Positions 1 to 10,901 are shown, counted from the stretch's first letter. The stretch: 64,000 nt of DNA from Bacteroidota bacterium (GCA_046314755.1 JBKDBG010000054.1:115-64114), one strand, 5' to 3'. Made by a program: numbers and translations. The notes: generated by a model not told the origin, from the letters alone.

Positions 1-813
1 AAACCACATAATAACAACAACATACGCAGTTTTGTTTGGGATATAAACGCACAAACCATTGATGCAAAAGCCATTGAATGGGCCGATGTGGTTGTAAACT
101 TAGCCGGAGCAGGCGTTGCCGACCACCGCTGGACCCAAGCCTACAAGGAAGAAATATACAACAGCCGCATCCTTTCTACGCGCTTGTTGGTGCAAGAAAT
201 AATTCGTCAGAAAAAATCACTCCTTACTTTTATTAACGCCTCTGCAATAGGATTTTACGGATACCAAACTCCGGAAAATACTCAGGAAACCCATGCGGCT
301 TCAACCGTTTATTTGGCCAAAGTTTGTGCCGATTGGGAAAACGAATGTAAGCCATTGGCTGATGCCGGTATTCCGCTAAGCATTGTGCGTATTGGTGTGG
401 TATTGGCGGCCGAAGGCGGCTTTGTGGCCGAGGTTGGCGGTATGATTAAAAAATGGATTGGAGCACCGTTAGGAAGCGGAAAACAACAAACCAGTTGGAT
501 TCATATCAACGACCTTTGCCGCTTGTTTGCATTTTTAATTGAAAACCCAAGTCTTGCCGGCATTTACAATGGCGTAGCGCCACATCCGGTAAGCAATGCA
601 CAAATTACGCAGTTGCTTGCCAAGGCGTTAAATCGCAGCATTATTTTGCCTCCTGCTCCTGCATTTGTTATTCGGTTGTTGTTTGGTGAAATGGCCGATA
701 TGCTTTTGGCCTCACAACATGTGTCGGCACAAAAAGCATTGAAGAATGGATTTAGTTTTGAATTTGCACATGCAGAAGACGCGATTTTAAACCTCACCGC
801 CAAAAAGCCATAA
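1..813 (+). CDS. YfcH/TIGR01777-like NAD-dependent epimerase family protein (SDR fold, DUF1731-type C-terminus); 5' end lies outside the window
   Basis: Frame 1 is open from base 1 into the listed ORF 88..813. Motifs VVNLAG, SWIHINDL and the C-terminal GFSFEF pattern are typical of this family. Confidence 0.6.
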   Translation, partial: KPHNNNNIRSFVWDINAQTIDAKAIEWADVVVNLAGAGVADHRWTQAYKEEIYNSRILSTRLLVQEIIRQKKSLLTFINASAIGFYGYQTPENTQETHAASTVYLAKVCADWENECKPLADAGIPLSIVRIGVVLAAEGGFVAEVGGMIKKWIGAPLGSGKQQTSWIHINDLCRLFAFLIENPSLAGIYNGVAPHPVSNAQITQLLAKALNRSIILPPAPAFVIRLLFGEMADMLLASQHVSAQKALKNGFSFEFAHAEDAILNLTAKKP

Positions 814-857
814 TATTTGCCTGTGGGTTTCGTATTATATCTGCATATTTGTAGCGG

Positions 858-2279
858 TTGAAACACATTAAATACATATTTTACTTTTTTATTTTGGTTG
901 GCTTTATTTACCTCAATGGTTGCCGACCGGAAGAAGAATTTACCACCGATCCTTCCATTCAACTGAAGTTTAGTGCGGATACCATTTTGTTTGATACGGT
1001 ATTTACCCAATTAACATCAGGGGAGCGAAGACCTATTTCTGTAACCAAACAATTGCGGGTTACAAACCCTTCATCAAACGCCATTCGTGTGAATATTCGT
1101 TTGGCGGGAATGGCCGGAAACACCTACCGCTTAAATGTTGATGGTGTGCCAAGTAACCAAGTGTATGGAAAAGAAGTGATGGGCAAAGACAGCCTGATTA
1201 TTTTTATTCAATGTTACATTGATACAACAACCAACAGCGGAAGAGATAGTGCCTTCATAAAAGAAGATGAAATTGTTTTTGAAACCAACGGAAATCAACA
1301 ACAGGTTAAGTTGGTGGCATGGGGACAAAATGCCAAATATTTCAACAACCAAGTATTGGATTGTAACTCCGGAAATTTGGTGTGGACAGCCACTAAACCC
1401 TACGTAATTTACGATTCCATTTTGGTGCCCAAGGGCTGTACACTTACCATTGAAGCCGGCACAAAAATTCACTCCTTCAACAAATCGTGCTTGTTGGTGG
1501 CCGGTACTTTAATTGTAAACGGCACAGCTGAAAATCCTGTGGTGTTTGAAGGCACACGCCTCGACCAAGAGTATAAAGATTTGCCTAACCAATGGATTGG
1601 TATTCGGTTTTTGGCCGGAAGTAAAGACAATCGCATAACACATGCCATTATTAGAAATGGTTTTGTGGGCATTGAAGTTGACTCGCAACCGGTCAATACC
1701 AACCCGAATTTGCGTATTACCAACACCCAAATTTATAATATGGCCGCTGTGGGCATTGTGGGTTATTCAGCCCATGTTGAAGCCATTAATAATGAAATAA
1801 GCAACTGCGGACAGTTTGGTTTTTTTGGTGCGCTTGGCGGCAATTACATTTTACACCACAACACACTTGCAGGCATTACCAGCGGATTTAGCAGGCAAAA
1901 CCCTTTTGTGGTGTTTGACAATTCGCCTTATACCGATGCAAACAACCAAATTATTGCTCGTTACAACCTAAGCTTTAATGTGGTAAATAACATTATTTAT
2001 GGGAACCTTGATGATGAGTTTTTACTGAACAATAACCCATTGGGTATTGCCCCAACCAATTTGGTGCTTCAAACCAATTTAATAAAAACCGAACAGCCCG
2101 GTTTAGATGCCAACGGCAACATCATCAACAAAGATCCATTGTTTGAAAATACGGCTTTAATCAACTACAAGCTCAAAGAAAATTCACCCGCAAAAGGCAA
2201 AGGCACCAACTTGGGCATTACTACAGATATTAAAGGAAACATACGCGCTGCCACGCCAAGCATTGGTTGTTGGGAGTAG
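858..2279 (+). CDS. Right-handed parallel beta-helix repeat lipoprotein
   Basis: TTG start. The signal peptide ends in LNGC (lipobox). Repeated I-x-N/G-x-V-G-I segments (IRNGFVGIEVD, ITNTQIYNMAAVGIVGY, NNEISNCGQFGFFG) look like PbH1 repeats. Confidence 0.55.
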   Translation: MKHIKYIFYFFILVGFIYLNGCRPEEEFTTDPSIQLKFSADTILFDTVFTQLTSGERRPISVTKQLRVTNPSSNAIRVNIRLAGMAGNTYRLNVDGVPSNQVYGKEVMGKDSLIIFIQCYIDTTTNSGRDSAFIKEDEIVFETNGNQQQVKLVAWGQNAKYFNNQVLDCNSGNLVWTATKPYVIYDSILVPKGCTLTIEAGTKIHSFNKSCLLVAGTLIVNGTAENPVVFEGTRLDQEYKDLPNQWIGIRFLAGSKDNRITHAIIRNGFVGIEVDSQPVNTNPNLRITNTQIYNMAAVGIVGYSAHVEAINNEISNCGQFGFFGALGGNYILHHNTLAGITSGFSRQNPFVVFDNSPYTDANNQIIARYNLSFNVVNNIIYGNLDDEFLLNNNPLGIAPTNLVLQTNLIKTEQPGLDANGNIINKDPLFENTALINYKLKENSPAKGKGTNLGITTDIKGNIRAATPSIGCWE

Positions 2280-2595
2280 TGTTCGTATTTGCGGGTTTAA
2301 TATTTTCGTGTTCTTTATTGCGGGTTGTGTATTGCGAGTTCTGTTTTTGAATATGGGAATTAACCATTAAAACTACTCATCGCTATTATTGGCGGCACAT
2401 ATCGAAAAATTCCATATTTAAATTGCTCTTAACCATTTAAAACACAAAAAAAATAAGCTCATTTTTGTTTTGTATTTATCATTTAATAAACCATAATAAA
2501 CATGAGTATAACCCACCCTTCCGGCCAAGTGCAGCAGCACCCAATTGAAGCCCTAAAAGCAGAAATAGAATTATTCAAACAAAAACGCGATTAGT

Positions 2596-3414
2596 ATGAA
2601 AATGCATTCTTATTTTTTATTGCTGTTTATACTTATGAGCAGCATGGCTTTGCAATCATGTAAAGATGATGAATGCCAAGACCCGCGCAACCCCGATTGC
2701 GATAATTACAACCCGTGTATTGATGCACAAGCTACCAGTGCTGCGTTTACAATTAAAGAGGCAAGTTATGTGGATATTATAGAACCTGAATTAACAGATT
2801 TTTTAATGGATACAGACTCTTGTTATATGAACAGTGTTTTTTTTGAAGCCACACAGCATGATGCCGATAGTTTTATTTGGCAGGTGGGAAGTGAAATAGA
2901 ACCCCGTTATGGCAAACGAATTAATGTGCAATTTCCGGATAATTTGCGGGGTACTAACTTTAATGTGCGTTTGATTGTAAAGCGCAAACCCAATACCCGC
3001 TGCTTTCCCAATGATGATGGCATAGATACGGTAATGCGCAGATTTTATTTTGTACGTTTTAATGAACCGCTCAGTTGGGAAGGTACGTATTATGGTAGCG
3101 ATGATGATAAACCTGATAGCATGTATACCATTGTACTAGGGCAAAGCTATAATGCGGCAGAACAAAAAGATATCATAAAAGTATTTGGTGTTCCTAGGGG
3201 GTGTAAGGATACGATTAATGAGTGGATTTCAAATAACATAGTTAATTATTCAAATATAAGGTTTATACGTGGTGGTTTAGATTGTGATGCTAAAATTATT
3301 TTAAGTGTTTTGATTAAAAACAATCAAACTATTATTAAGCAAGGATATCGGACCATAAAAAATGGAGTTTTCAACCAAGAGGTACGGACTTTTACTGGAG
3401 TTAAAATCAACTAA
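2596..3414 (+). CDS. Hypothetical lipoprotein
   Basis: 272-aa ORF with an N-terminal signal and lipobox (ALQSC). No domain recognised. Confidence 0.5.
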   Translation: MKMHSYFLLLFILMSSMALQSCKDDECQDPRNPDCDNYNPCIDAQATSAAFTIKEASYVDIIEPELTDFLMDTDSCYMNSVFFEATQHDADSFIWQVGSEIEPRYGKRINVQFPDNLRGTNFNVRLIVKRKPNTRCFPNDDGIDTVMRRFYFVRFNEPLSWEGTYYGSDDDKPDSMYTIVLGQSYNAAEQKDIIKVFGVPRGCKDTINEWISNNIVNYSNIRFIRGGLDCDAKIILSVLIKNNQTIIKQGYRTIKNGVFNQEVRTFTGVKIN

Positions 3415-3420
3415 AATATC

Positions 3421-3633
3421 ATGAAAAAATATACATTTCTCATAGCTATATTTTGTTTAATTGGTGTAGCGGTTCAGTCTCAAAATACAGAGATAAATGA
3501 CACTATTAATACTCCACATAATGGACAAGACCCTTGTGCTAGGCCACAAATTGTAACCAATCCCTTTGCACCACAAAATACAGAATGGTATAGTCAACGC
3601 AACAGATTTAGTGATTACTTATTAATGCAATAA
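3421..3633 (+). CDS. Hypothetical small secreted protein
   Basis: 70-aa ORF starting 7 nt after the previous gene, with a signal peptide (AVQSQ). No domain recognised. Confidence 0.35.
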   Translation: MKKYTFLIAIFCLIGVAVQSQNTEINDTINTPHNGQDPCARPQIVTNPFAPQNTEWYSQRNRFSDYLLMQ

Positions 3634-3734
3634 GTAACAACCATAAAAAGAGAAATTGAGATAAATACATTTGGTAATAATCATCCGCAATTAACAATAT
3701 TTCAATCAAAACAAACTTTGAGTTTAAAATTCCT

Positions 3735-4190
3735 TTACCCATGCACGCCTTCTAAAAACTCAAAAGTACCAATTATGTTTTCAATTTCGGCCTTTTCGTT
3801 TTCGGCTACCGGTAGGTTTTTCATAGCAGTTTGTATGGTGTAAGCAAACAAAACAACCTTATCATTTTTAGCAGTTAACCAATAGTAAACGGTGTACATG
3901 GCCTGGTTAATTGGATGCTCTTTAACAAAAGCTACAAAATGATGTTTGGGCGTTTTTAAAATGGCGGGCTCAAAGTTTTGGTTTTGCCGGTACACCTCAT
4001 TTAACATTTGCTCTGCTGCTTGTTCCCCTTCAAAATCATTGGGTAAAACCATCACGCGCAACACGCCTTGTCCACCGTTATTTTGGTAAAACAAATAATG
4101 CCCTGCTTCATCGGTTTCTTGTGTCCAAGTTGCAGGATATTCTATAGCAAAAAAACCATGTAAGGATACAAATCGTTGGGAGGTACTCAT
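3735..4190 (-). CDS. Hypothetical cytoplasmic protein
   Basis: 151-aa ORF with ordinary composition. No signal peptide and no recognised motif. Confidence 0.5.
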   Translation of the reverse strand: MSTSQRFVSLHGFFAIEYPATWTQETDEAGHYLFYQNNGGQGVLRVMVLPNDFEGEQAAEQMLNEVYRQNQNFEPAILKTPKHHFVAFVKEHPINQAMYTVYYWLTAKNDKVVLFAYTIQTAMKNLPVAENEKAEIENIIGTFEFLEGVHG

Positions 4191-4722
4191 GATGCAAGTA
4201 TAAAAAAGTATTGGGGTTTTTTATTACGGGTTGGTTATTGGGGGTTGGTTATTTGAGTTCACTTTTTAAATGTAAGACATGACAATAAACACCATCTCTC
4301 ACCACACACCAACAAACAACTTTTACACGGAGTACATTGTGTTGATGGCGATTATACAGGCGGAGTTTTGTAGAAAGTATTGATATACCGCTCCAATGGA
4401 GCTTATTTGGGTTTATATTGTTTTTTCTATTAGCATGGCGTCCCCTACGGGTCACCACAAAACCAATTCAATTTTCATTCCCACCCGTACCCTGACCCTA
4501 AAGGGCACAGCCGCACAGGGGTTGTTAGGTGGTTGGTTTATTAGTTGATGCGGAGTTTCAAAAAAACACAAATCCAATTAAAATTAAATGAGTAAACGAG
4601 GGTGGCTCATATCTTTTTTCTTTCAGCTTTGCGGTCTTTCGTCATTAAGCGAAGCGGTCATTTTTCTTTCATCAACCGAAGCATTGGCACAGGTTGGTCT
4701 CATCTCTCTTTTCTTCCACCCT

Positions 4723-5712
4723 TTACCCAAAATTAATTTCGGTGCTATCGCCAATATTTAAACTTTGTTTCATGCCTTTTAACAGCGCATCATTGCCAAT
4801 AACCGAGCGGTCTAAAATGGCATATTCAATTTGTGCATAGGGGCCAATAATGCTTTCCTTCATCACCGCATAATTTAAAATAGCATGATCGCCCACTGAA
4901 ACATTAGGGCCAATAATGGAGTTGCTTATCTTACAATTTTCACCAATAAAAACCGGAGGAATAATAATGGTATTTTCAAAATTGTATTGCGATACATCAT
5001 AGTTTAATCGCTTTAACAAAGTTGCGTTGGTATCTAACAATATTTCTTTTTTTCCGCAATCAAACCAATTGTCAACATCCACGGTTTTCATTACCACTCC
5101 GGCCTCAATCATTCGCATTAAAGCATCGGTTAAATGAAACTCGTTTTGTGTGGTAATTTTTTCATGCATGTTGTATTCAATAGCCTCAAACAGCTTGTTG
5201 CTTTCCTTAATTAAATAAATTCCTACCAAGGCCAAATTTGATTTTGGAATACTCGGTTTTTCAACCAGTTTTTTAATGGTGCCATCCTCATTCATTTCGG
5301 CCACACCAAACAAACGCGGGTCTTCTACTTTTTTAACACACAAGGTTGATTGCGGTTGGGCCAGCAAACTTTTTAAATTCACATCAGCAATGGTATCACC
5401 CAACACAATTAACATTTCATCATCCTTCAAATATTCTTTGGCCAACCAAATGGCATGCCCCGTTCCTTTACCGGTGGTTTGAATCACAAATGACGCTTTT
5501 ACATTCGGGTAGTGGGTTGAAAGGTAATTTTCAATTTTATCACCCATGTAGCCAATAATAAAAACATACTCAGTAATGCCCGCTGTAAGCAACGAATCGA
5601 GGATGTGACCAATAATGGGTTTACCTGCAATTGGAATAAGCGCTTTGGGCTGGGTATGGGTATGCGGGCGTAAACGGGTACCAATGCCTGCAACAGGAAT
5701 AACTGCCTTCAT
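4723..5712 (-). CDS. Sugar-phosphate nucleotidyltransferase (NTP_transferase domain plus left-handed beta-helix C-terminus)
   Basis: N-terminal MKAVIPVAGIGTRLRP...PKALIP signature of glucose-1-P nucleotidyltransferases. The C-terminus has hexapeptide-like I/V-G repeats. Confidence 0.75.
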   Translation of the reverse strand: MKAVIPVAGIGTRLRPHTHTQPKALIPIAGKPIIGHILDSLLTAGITEYVFIIGYMGDKIENYLSTHYPNVKASFVIQTTGKGTGHAIWLAKEYLKDDEMLIVLGDTIADVNLKSLLAQPQSTLCVKKVEDPRLFGVAEMNEDGTIKKLVEKPSIPKSNLALVGIYLIKESNKLFEAIEYNMHEKITTQNEFHLTDALMRMIEAGVVMKTVDVDNWFDCGKKEILLDTNATLLKRLNYDVSQYNFENTIIIPPVFIGENCKISNSIIGPNVSVGDHAILNYAVMKESIIGPYAQIEYAILDRSVIGNDALLKGMKQSLNIGDSTEINFG

Positions 5713-5820
5713 GTATGTTTCTGTTAAATAAAGTTTTGTGTCAACTTCGCTTCAAAGTTAAAGGTTTCATTATTGCATTCAAGTCAAATTGCTAAATTGC
5801 GCAAGAAATCACACAAAAAA

Positions 5821-7092
5821 ATGAAACGCGATAAACAAATTTTTAACCTCATTAACCAGGAATTACATCGCCAGGAACATGGTATTGAACTCATTGCTTC
5901 AGAAAATTTTGTAACCAAACAGGTAATGAAAGCCATGGGCAGTGTGCTTACGAATAAATATGCCGAAGGCCTGCCGGGTAAAAGATACTACGGAGGTTGT
6001 GAAGTGGTGGATCAGGTGGAGCAATTGGCCATTGACAGATTAAAAAAATTATTTGGTGCCGAATGGGCCAACGTACAACCGCATAGTGGCGCACAAGCCA
6101 ATGCTGCGGTAATGTTAGCTTGCTTAAATCCGGGTGATAAAATATTGGGTTTTGATTTATCGCATGGAGGACATTTAACACATGGCTCGCCTGTAAATTT
6201 TTCGGGTAAGTTATACGTACCAAGTTTTTATGGTGTGGAAGAAGCCACCGGAGTAATTGATTACGATAAGGTAGAAGCCATTGCCAAAAAAGAAAAACCA
6301 AAAATGATTATTTGCGGAGCATCTGCTTATAGTCGCGATTGGAATTACGAACGTTTGCGTATTATCGCTGATGGCATTGGCGCTTTGTTATTGGCAGACA
6401 TTGCACACCCTGCAGGATTAATTGCCACCGGATTATTAAACAACCCATTACCACATTGCCACATTGTTACCTCAACCACGCACAAAACATTGCGCGGACC
6501 ACGTGGCGGTATTATTATGATGGGCAAAGATTTTGAAAATCCGTGGGGGCATAAAACACCAAAAGGTGAAATAAAAATGATGAGTGCTTTGCTTGATGCA
6601 GCGGTATTTCCGGGCACACAAGGCGGACCATTAGAACACGTTATTGCATCCAAAGCAGTGGCTTTTGGCGAGGCATTAACAGATGATTTTGTTGCCTACA
6701 CCAAACAAGTAAAAGCCAATGCACAAGCCATGGCTGAATCGTTTGTAAACAGAGGCTATAAAATTATTAGCGGTGGCACTGATAATCATTTAATGTTGAT
6801 TGATTTGCGCAACAAAAACATTACCGGAAAAGCGGCTGAAAACGCATTGGTAAAAGCCGATATTACCCTCAACAAAAATATGGTTCCGTTTGATGATAAA
6901 TCGCCATTTGTAACCAGCGGTATTCGTGTTGGAACAGCTGCAATTACTACCCGTGGTTTAAAAGAAAAACACATGGATAAAATTGTGGAATTGATAGATC
7001 AGGTAATCATGAATCCTGATGATGAAAAAGTATTAAAAGCTGTTCGTAAAAAAGTAAACAAAATGATGGAAAATTTTCCATTGTATAAATAA
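5821..7092 (+). CDS. glyA: Serine hydroxymethyltransferase
   Basis: Motifs [21 protein letters not shown] and [14 protein letters not shown] (PLP lysine). I prefer the ATG at 5821 (MKRDKQIF...) over the upstream ORF start at 5773. Confidence 0.95.
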   Translation: MKRDKQIFNLINQELHRQEHGIELIASENFVTKQVMKAMGSVLTNKYAEGLPGKRYYGGCEVVDQVEQLAIDRLKKLFGAEWANVQPHSGAQANAAVMLACLNPGDKILGFDLSHGGHLTHGSPVNFSGKLYVPSFYGVEEATGVIDYDKVEAIAKKEKPKMIICGASAYSRDWNYERLRIIADGIGALLLADIAHPAGLIATGLLNNPLPHCHIVTSTTHKTLRGPRGGIIMMGKDFENPWGHKTPKGEIKMMSALLDAAVFPGTQGGPLEHVIASKAVAFGEALTDDFVAYTKQVKANAQAMAESFVNRGYKIISGGTDNHLMLIDLRNKNITGKAAENALVKADITLNKNMVPFDDKSPFVTSGIRVGTAAITTRGLKEKHMDKIVELIDQVIMNPDDEKVLKAVRKKVNKMMENFPLYK

Positions 7093-7120
7093 AAAATTGC
7101 TGCGTTTAAACGCGTAACAA

Positions 7121-7154
7121 AGGCCGCGGTATTGTATTGCGGCCTTTTTCTTTT
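7121..7154 (+). terminator. Rho-independent terminator after glyA
   Basis: Stem AGGCCGC/GCGGCCT with an 11-nt loop, followed by TTTTTCTTTT. Confidence 0.7.
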
Positions 7155-7183
7155 AACCACGCCAATTAATAATCACACAACAC

Positions 7184-7870
7184 ATGGCTTACCTATTATG
7201 CATTGAAACCGCCACCGAAATTTGTTCGGTTGCTTTGTTTAATAATAAACAATTGTGTGCAAGTGAAATGAATGCCGAAGGCAATAAACACGCTGCGGTA
7301 CTTACGTTGCTTATTGATGCTTGTTTACAAAAAGCCGGCATACAAAAAACACAATTAGATGCCGTTGTGTTAAGCAAAGGCCCCGGATCATACACCGGCT
7401 TACGCGTGGGTACATCAACCGCTAAAGGAATTTGTTATGCGTTAGATATTCCATTGATTACGGTAAACACTTTGGCTGCATTAACGGCTTATTATTTGCA
7501 AACACATACCGTTTCAGAGGGTTTGATTTGCCCCATGATTGATGCAAGAAGAATGGAAGTTTACACAGCATTGTTTAATCAACAACATCAAACTGTTTTA
7601 GCAACCGAAGCGAAAATAATTGACGAAAAAAGTTTTGAATCGGAATTAAACCAACAGCCGATTTATTTTATTGGCAACGGAGCTGCAAAATGCGCCAACG
7701 TAATACAACACCCGAATGCAATATTTGTGCATGATGTGTTTTGTAATGCAGCAGGCTTAATTGATGAAGGGTTGATGGCCTACCAAGAAAAACGCTTTGA
7801 AGACCTCGCCTACTTTGAGCCTTTTTATTTGAAAGATTTTGTAGGAACCACTCCAAAAAACAAGTTATAG
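7184..7870 (+). CDS. tsaB: tRNA threonylcarbamoyladenosine (t6A) biosynthesis protein TsaB
   Basis: N-terminal LLCIETATEICSVAL and GPGSYTGLRVG motifs of the TsaB/YeaZ family. Confidence 0.85.
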   Translation: MAYLLCIETATEICSVALFNNKQLCASEMNAEGNKHAAVLTLLIDACLQKAGIQKTQLDAVVLSKGPGSYTGLRVGTSTAKGICYALDIPLITVNTLAALTAYYLQTHTVSEGLICPMIDARRMEVYTALFNQQHQTVLATEAKIIDEKSFESELNQQPIYFIGNGAAKCANVIQHPNAIFVHDVFCNAAGLIDEGLMAYQEKRFEDLAYFEPFYLKDFVGTTPKNKL

Positions 7871-7922
7871 TTTATTGTTTACAGCGTTCGTAAGAAACAA
7901 TAATAATCCCCACTTATAGATT

Positions 7923-8756
7923 TTAACTATTGGGAAGCGATTCGATAAAATGCATGAACAATTGCGTAAGTTTTAGCTCTGCTTTTGACGCCACTTCAAT
8001 AATCTCTTCCAGCGTTACCGGCTTTAAATAATCGGGATCACACTCATCGGTTAACACACTTACCGCAGCACAAGGCAAACCCATGTGATTGGCAGCAATC
8101 ACTTCCGGCACGGTGCTCATACCCACGGCATCGGCACCTAGTTGACGAATGTATCTGTATTCTGCTCGCGTTTCGAGCATGGGACCGGGAACGGCCGCAT
8201 ACACACCTTTGTGCAACGTAATTTCATGTTGTTGCGCAATGGCCATTAAACTTTGGTTGAAAGCAGGAAAATAGGGCGCACTCATATCCGGAAAACGAGG
8301 ACCCAATGCTTCAATATTTTTTCCGATTAACGGATTGCTTGGTTGCAGGTTGATGTGATCATCAAGCAACATTAAATCTCCTTTTTTCCAATTTAAATTT
8401 AAGCATCCGGCAGCGTTTGACAAGAGCAACAATTTTATCCCTAAAAACTTCATTACGCGAATGGGAAATACAATTTGCTCCATGGAATATCCTTCGTAAA
8501 AATGAAAGCGTCCTTGCATCGCCAATACCGTTTTTCCGCCAAGTGTTCCGTATATTAATTTTCCGGCATGGCTCTCAACCGTTGAAATTGGAAAATGCGG
8601 TATTTGTTGGTAGGATATTTCTTGAATGACTTGAATATGTGAAGCCAAGTGCCCCAAGCCTGTTCCTAAAACAATGCCTATTTGTGGCTCGGCAATTCCT
8701 TGCTGATTCAAATAAGCCACACTTTCATTTATGCGAGAAACAACACCACTCATCAT
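7923..8756 (-). CDS. Purine nucleoside phosphorylase (trimeric PNP-I type)
   Basis: LGTGLG, RFHFYEGY and VGMSTVPEVI motifs. Length is 277 aa. Confidence 0.85.
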   Translation of the reverse strand: MMSGVVSRINESVAYLNQQGIAEPQIGIVLGTGLGHLASHIQVIQEISYQQIPHFPISTVESHAGKLIYGTLGGKTVLAMQGRFHFYEGYSMEQIVFPIRVMKFLGIKLLLLSNAAGCLNLNWKKGDLMLLDDHINLQPSNPLIGKNIEALGPRFPDMSAPYFPAFNQSLMAIAQQHEITLHKGVYAAVPGPMLETRAEYRYIRQLGADAVGMSTVPEVIAANHMGLPCAAVSVLTDECDPDYLKPVTLEEIIEVASKAELKLTQLFMHFIESLPNS

Positions 8757-8757
8757 T

Positions 8758-9717
8758 TTACATCAAAAAATACAACAAGGCCAAAAGGCTAAACAAATAG
8801 ATGGGTAAAAATAAGGTAAGCAAAATAAAAAACACCGAATCGAAAAAAACGGTATTGCGTGTAAACATCCATGATATTTTTTCCATGAACCAAAAATGTG
8901 GTAACGCAAATTTGCTGCTGTGGTAAAAACTTTTGTAATGGTGCACATGCGGATGCGGATGAACATTTTGTTGTTGCAAAATGGTTAACAAATCTGCTTG
9001 TTGTTGCTCGGCTTTTAGCCAACGTTGCACCAAACCTCCGTGCTCGGGCGTTTCAGGCTTAATGTTCGGATGATGCACGCATAAAGGCAATAAAGCATCA
9101 TACAAGGTTTGTGAAAACTCACGCATAAAATTTGGCGTATCCAATACGCCCTTAAATTGTTCGCGAGCAATGGGTTTTCCGTAACGTATCACAACCGATT
9201 TTCCCGAACCTTTAAAATGCTCATACGTAATGCCAACCGGAACAACTTTGGTATGAGCAGTTGTTCCTTCTGTTTGCCATGCATTTTTTATGATGCGTGC
9301 CGGTCCTTTTTTCATCACACGCAACTCCCAATTGTTTTCACACAACCCCTCACCAAAAATCAATATCATTTTGTTGCGGTTAAAAATTTGCTGACAAGCA
9401 TCAAACGTTTCAAAGTTTTTATCCAGGTTTTCTTTGCCCTCACTAATACGATAAACCGGCAACACATGATATGCGCGAATAAGCCAGGCTAAAGGTTTAA
9501 ACTTAAACGCATCACCTCTGGCCAAAAAATAGGTTGATCGCTTTAAAGGAGAGGCAACCAACAAAGCATCTAAAAATGCGTTGGGGTGATTTGCCACCAA
9601 CAACACAGGACCATGTTCAGGAATATTTTCTAAACCGGCAATGTGTACCTGTCTGAAAAATAATTTAAATCCAAGCCGAAATAACTTTTGTGTGATGCGG
9701 TAAATCATAATGTCCAA
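8758..9717 (-). CDS. 1-acyl-sn-glycerol-3-phosphate acyltransferase family protein (PlsC-like) with a C-terminal membrane segment
   Basis: HX4D acyltransferase motif (ANHPNAFLD) and FGEG block. The C-terminal tail is hydrophobic. Confidence 0.7.
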   Translation of the reverse strand: MDIMIYRITQKLFRLGFKLFFRQVHIAGLENIPEHGPVLLVANHPNAFLDALLVASPLKRSTYFLARGDAFKFKPLAWLIRAYHVLPVYRISEGKENLDKNFETFDACQQIFNRNKMILIFGEGLCENNWELRVMKKGPARIIKNAWQTEGTTAHTKVVPVGITYEHFKGSGKSVVIRYGKPIAREQFKGVLDTPNFMREFSQTLYDALLPLCVHHPNIKPETPEHGGLVQRWLKAEQQQADLLTILQQQNVHPHPHVHHYKSFYHSSKFALPHFWFMEKISWMFTRNTVFFDSVFFILLTLFLPIYLFSLLALLYFLM

Positions 9718-9737
9718 TCAAACATAATAAACTATGG

Positions 9738-10901
9738 TTAAACCTGAATTTTTTTTACAAACCAAATATAAAAAGGCAACACCAACAATTGTGCTATAGC
9801 CATGCCCACAAAAGCCCCGTTTAACTGATATGCGGGAATAAACATATAAGCTAATAATGCACTAAAAACAATGGTTGCGCCCATTAAACCAATCACCACT
9901 TTTGCTTGTGCAAACCTAAAGAAATAGATATGCAGCGGAGTGGTAACAAACACCGGTACGCAGGCCATAAATCCAAAAACGGACCACCGCCAGTCTGCTT
10001 CAATTTGATACAATGGCAGCAACAAAACATACATGGCAACCAACGCGATTAAAGTGATTAAAATGCCAATTAAAAACACCTTTTGAGTAGCTTTTAACAA
10101 GTCTTGTTTGTTCATTTGATACAATTCAATAGCAAACGGATATACCACAAATGAAGCTGCAGCTTTGATTAACGAAAAATAATTACTCACCACTTGGTAT
10201 TTACCTAAAGCGGCCTCATCCAACATGGCCGCCACCAACATTTGATCGGTTTTGGCATAAAGTATCATTACAAATCCCAGCATAAAAAACCCGAAAGCGT
10301 CTTTAAACAAACTCACTTGGGGCGAAGAGATGTTTAGCTTTGGAAAGTACGCCCAAAACACCCACACTGCTTTAAACACATTAGAAAATGTAATGGCCCA
10401 CAAAACCTGGTTAAACGGCATGGCTGATTTAAAAACAAAGAGCCAAAGCAACAAAACGCCAATCGATAACACTTCGGCAACAATGGCCTGAGTATATTTT
10501 TTTTGATGTACAATAATCGCCTCAAAACTTTGGACCACATACCTTGCAACTATCCAAATGCACAAGTGTAAGGCTGATGTGTTGTGATAATAGAAAAACA
10601 AACCAAGGCATACCGGCAACAACAAACAAAATATTCTTGTCCAAAAATGTTCGTTCCACAATTGGTTGATTTGTTGGGGTTGATTCGCAAATAATTTGAG
10701 CAAATGCTCTTTGTTTCCCCAATTGATTACTGCACCGGCAACGTAATAAACAAGTTGTAAAGAAACAATTTGACCCCAATACTCCACCTTAAACCAGCGC
10801 ACAATAACAACCGACAACAATAAGTTGCTGATGGAGGGCAACAATTGCAACAGGGAATAACCCGTAATGGCCTTTATTTTTTGAACAAGTTGCGTAATCA
10901 T
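9738..10901 (-). CDS. Polysaccharide/oligosaccharide flippase-like (MOP superfamily) membrane protein
   Basis: About 12 predicted hydrophobic helices with Wzx-like layout. Start is uncertain: the ORF opens with GTG at 10937, and ATGs lie at 10922 and 10901. Confidence 0.5.
   Translation of the reverse strand: MITQLVQKIKAITGYSLLQLLPSISNLLLSVVIVRWFKVEYWGQIVSLQLVYYVAGAVINWGNKEHLLKLFANQPQQINQLWNEHFWTRIFCLLLPVCLGLFFYYHNTSALHLCIWIVARYVVQSFEAIIVHQKKYTQAIVAEVLSIGVLLLWLFVFKSAMPFNQVLWAITFSNVFKAVWVFWAYFPKLNISSPQVSLFKDAFGFFMLGFVMILYAKTDQMLVAAMLDEAALGKYQVVSNYFSLIKAAASFVVYPFAIELYQMNKQDLLKATQKVFLIGILITLIALVAMYVLLLPLYQIEADWRWSVFGFMACVPVFVTTPLHIYFFRFAQAKVVIGLMGATIVFSALLAYMFIPAYQLNGAFVGMAIAQLLVLPFYIWFVKKIQV

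Noticed and set aside
564-1010. A 148-aa minus-strand ORF spanning the end of the epimerase gene and the start of the beta-helix lipoprotein gene.
   Set aside because: It is antisense to two well-supported genes and crosses their intergenic spacer. Its composition is Cys/Asn/Ile-rich and atypical.
4249-4458. A 69-aa minus-strand ORF in the 4.2-4.7 kb spacer.
   Set aside because: Its composition is Arg/His/Cys/Val-rich and atypical, no start context is recognisable, and it overlaps the short-motif repeats. I treat it as non-coding pending evidence.
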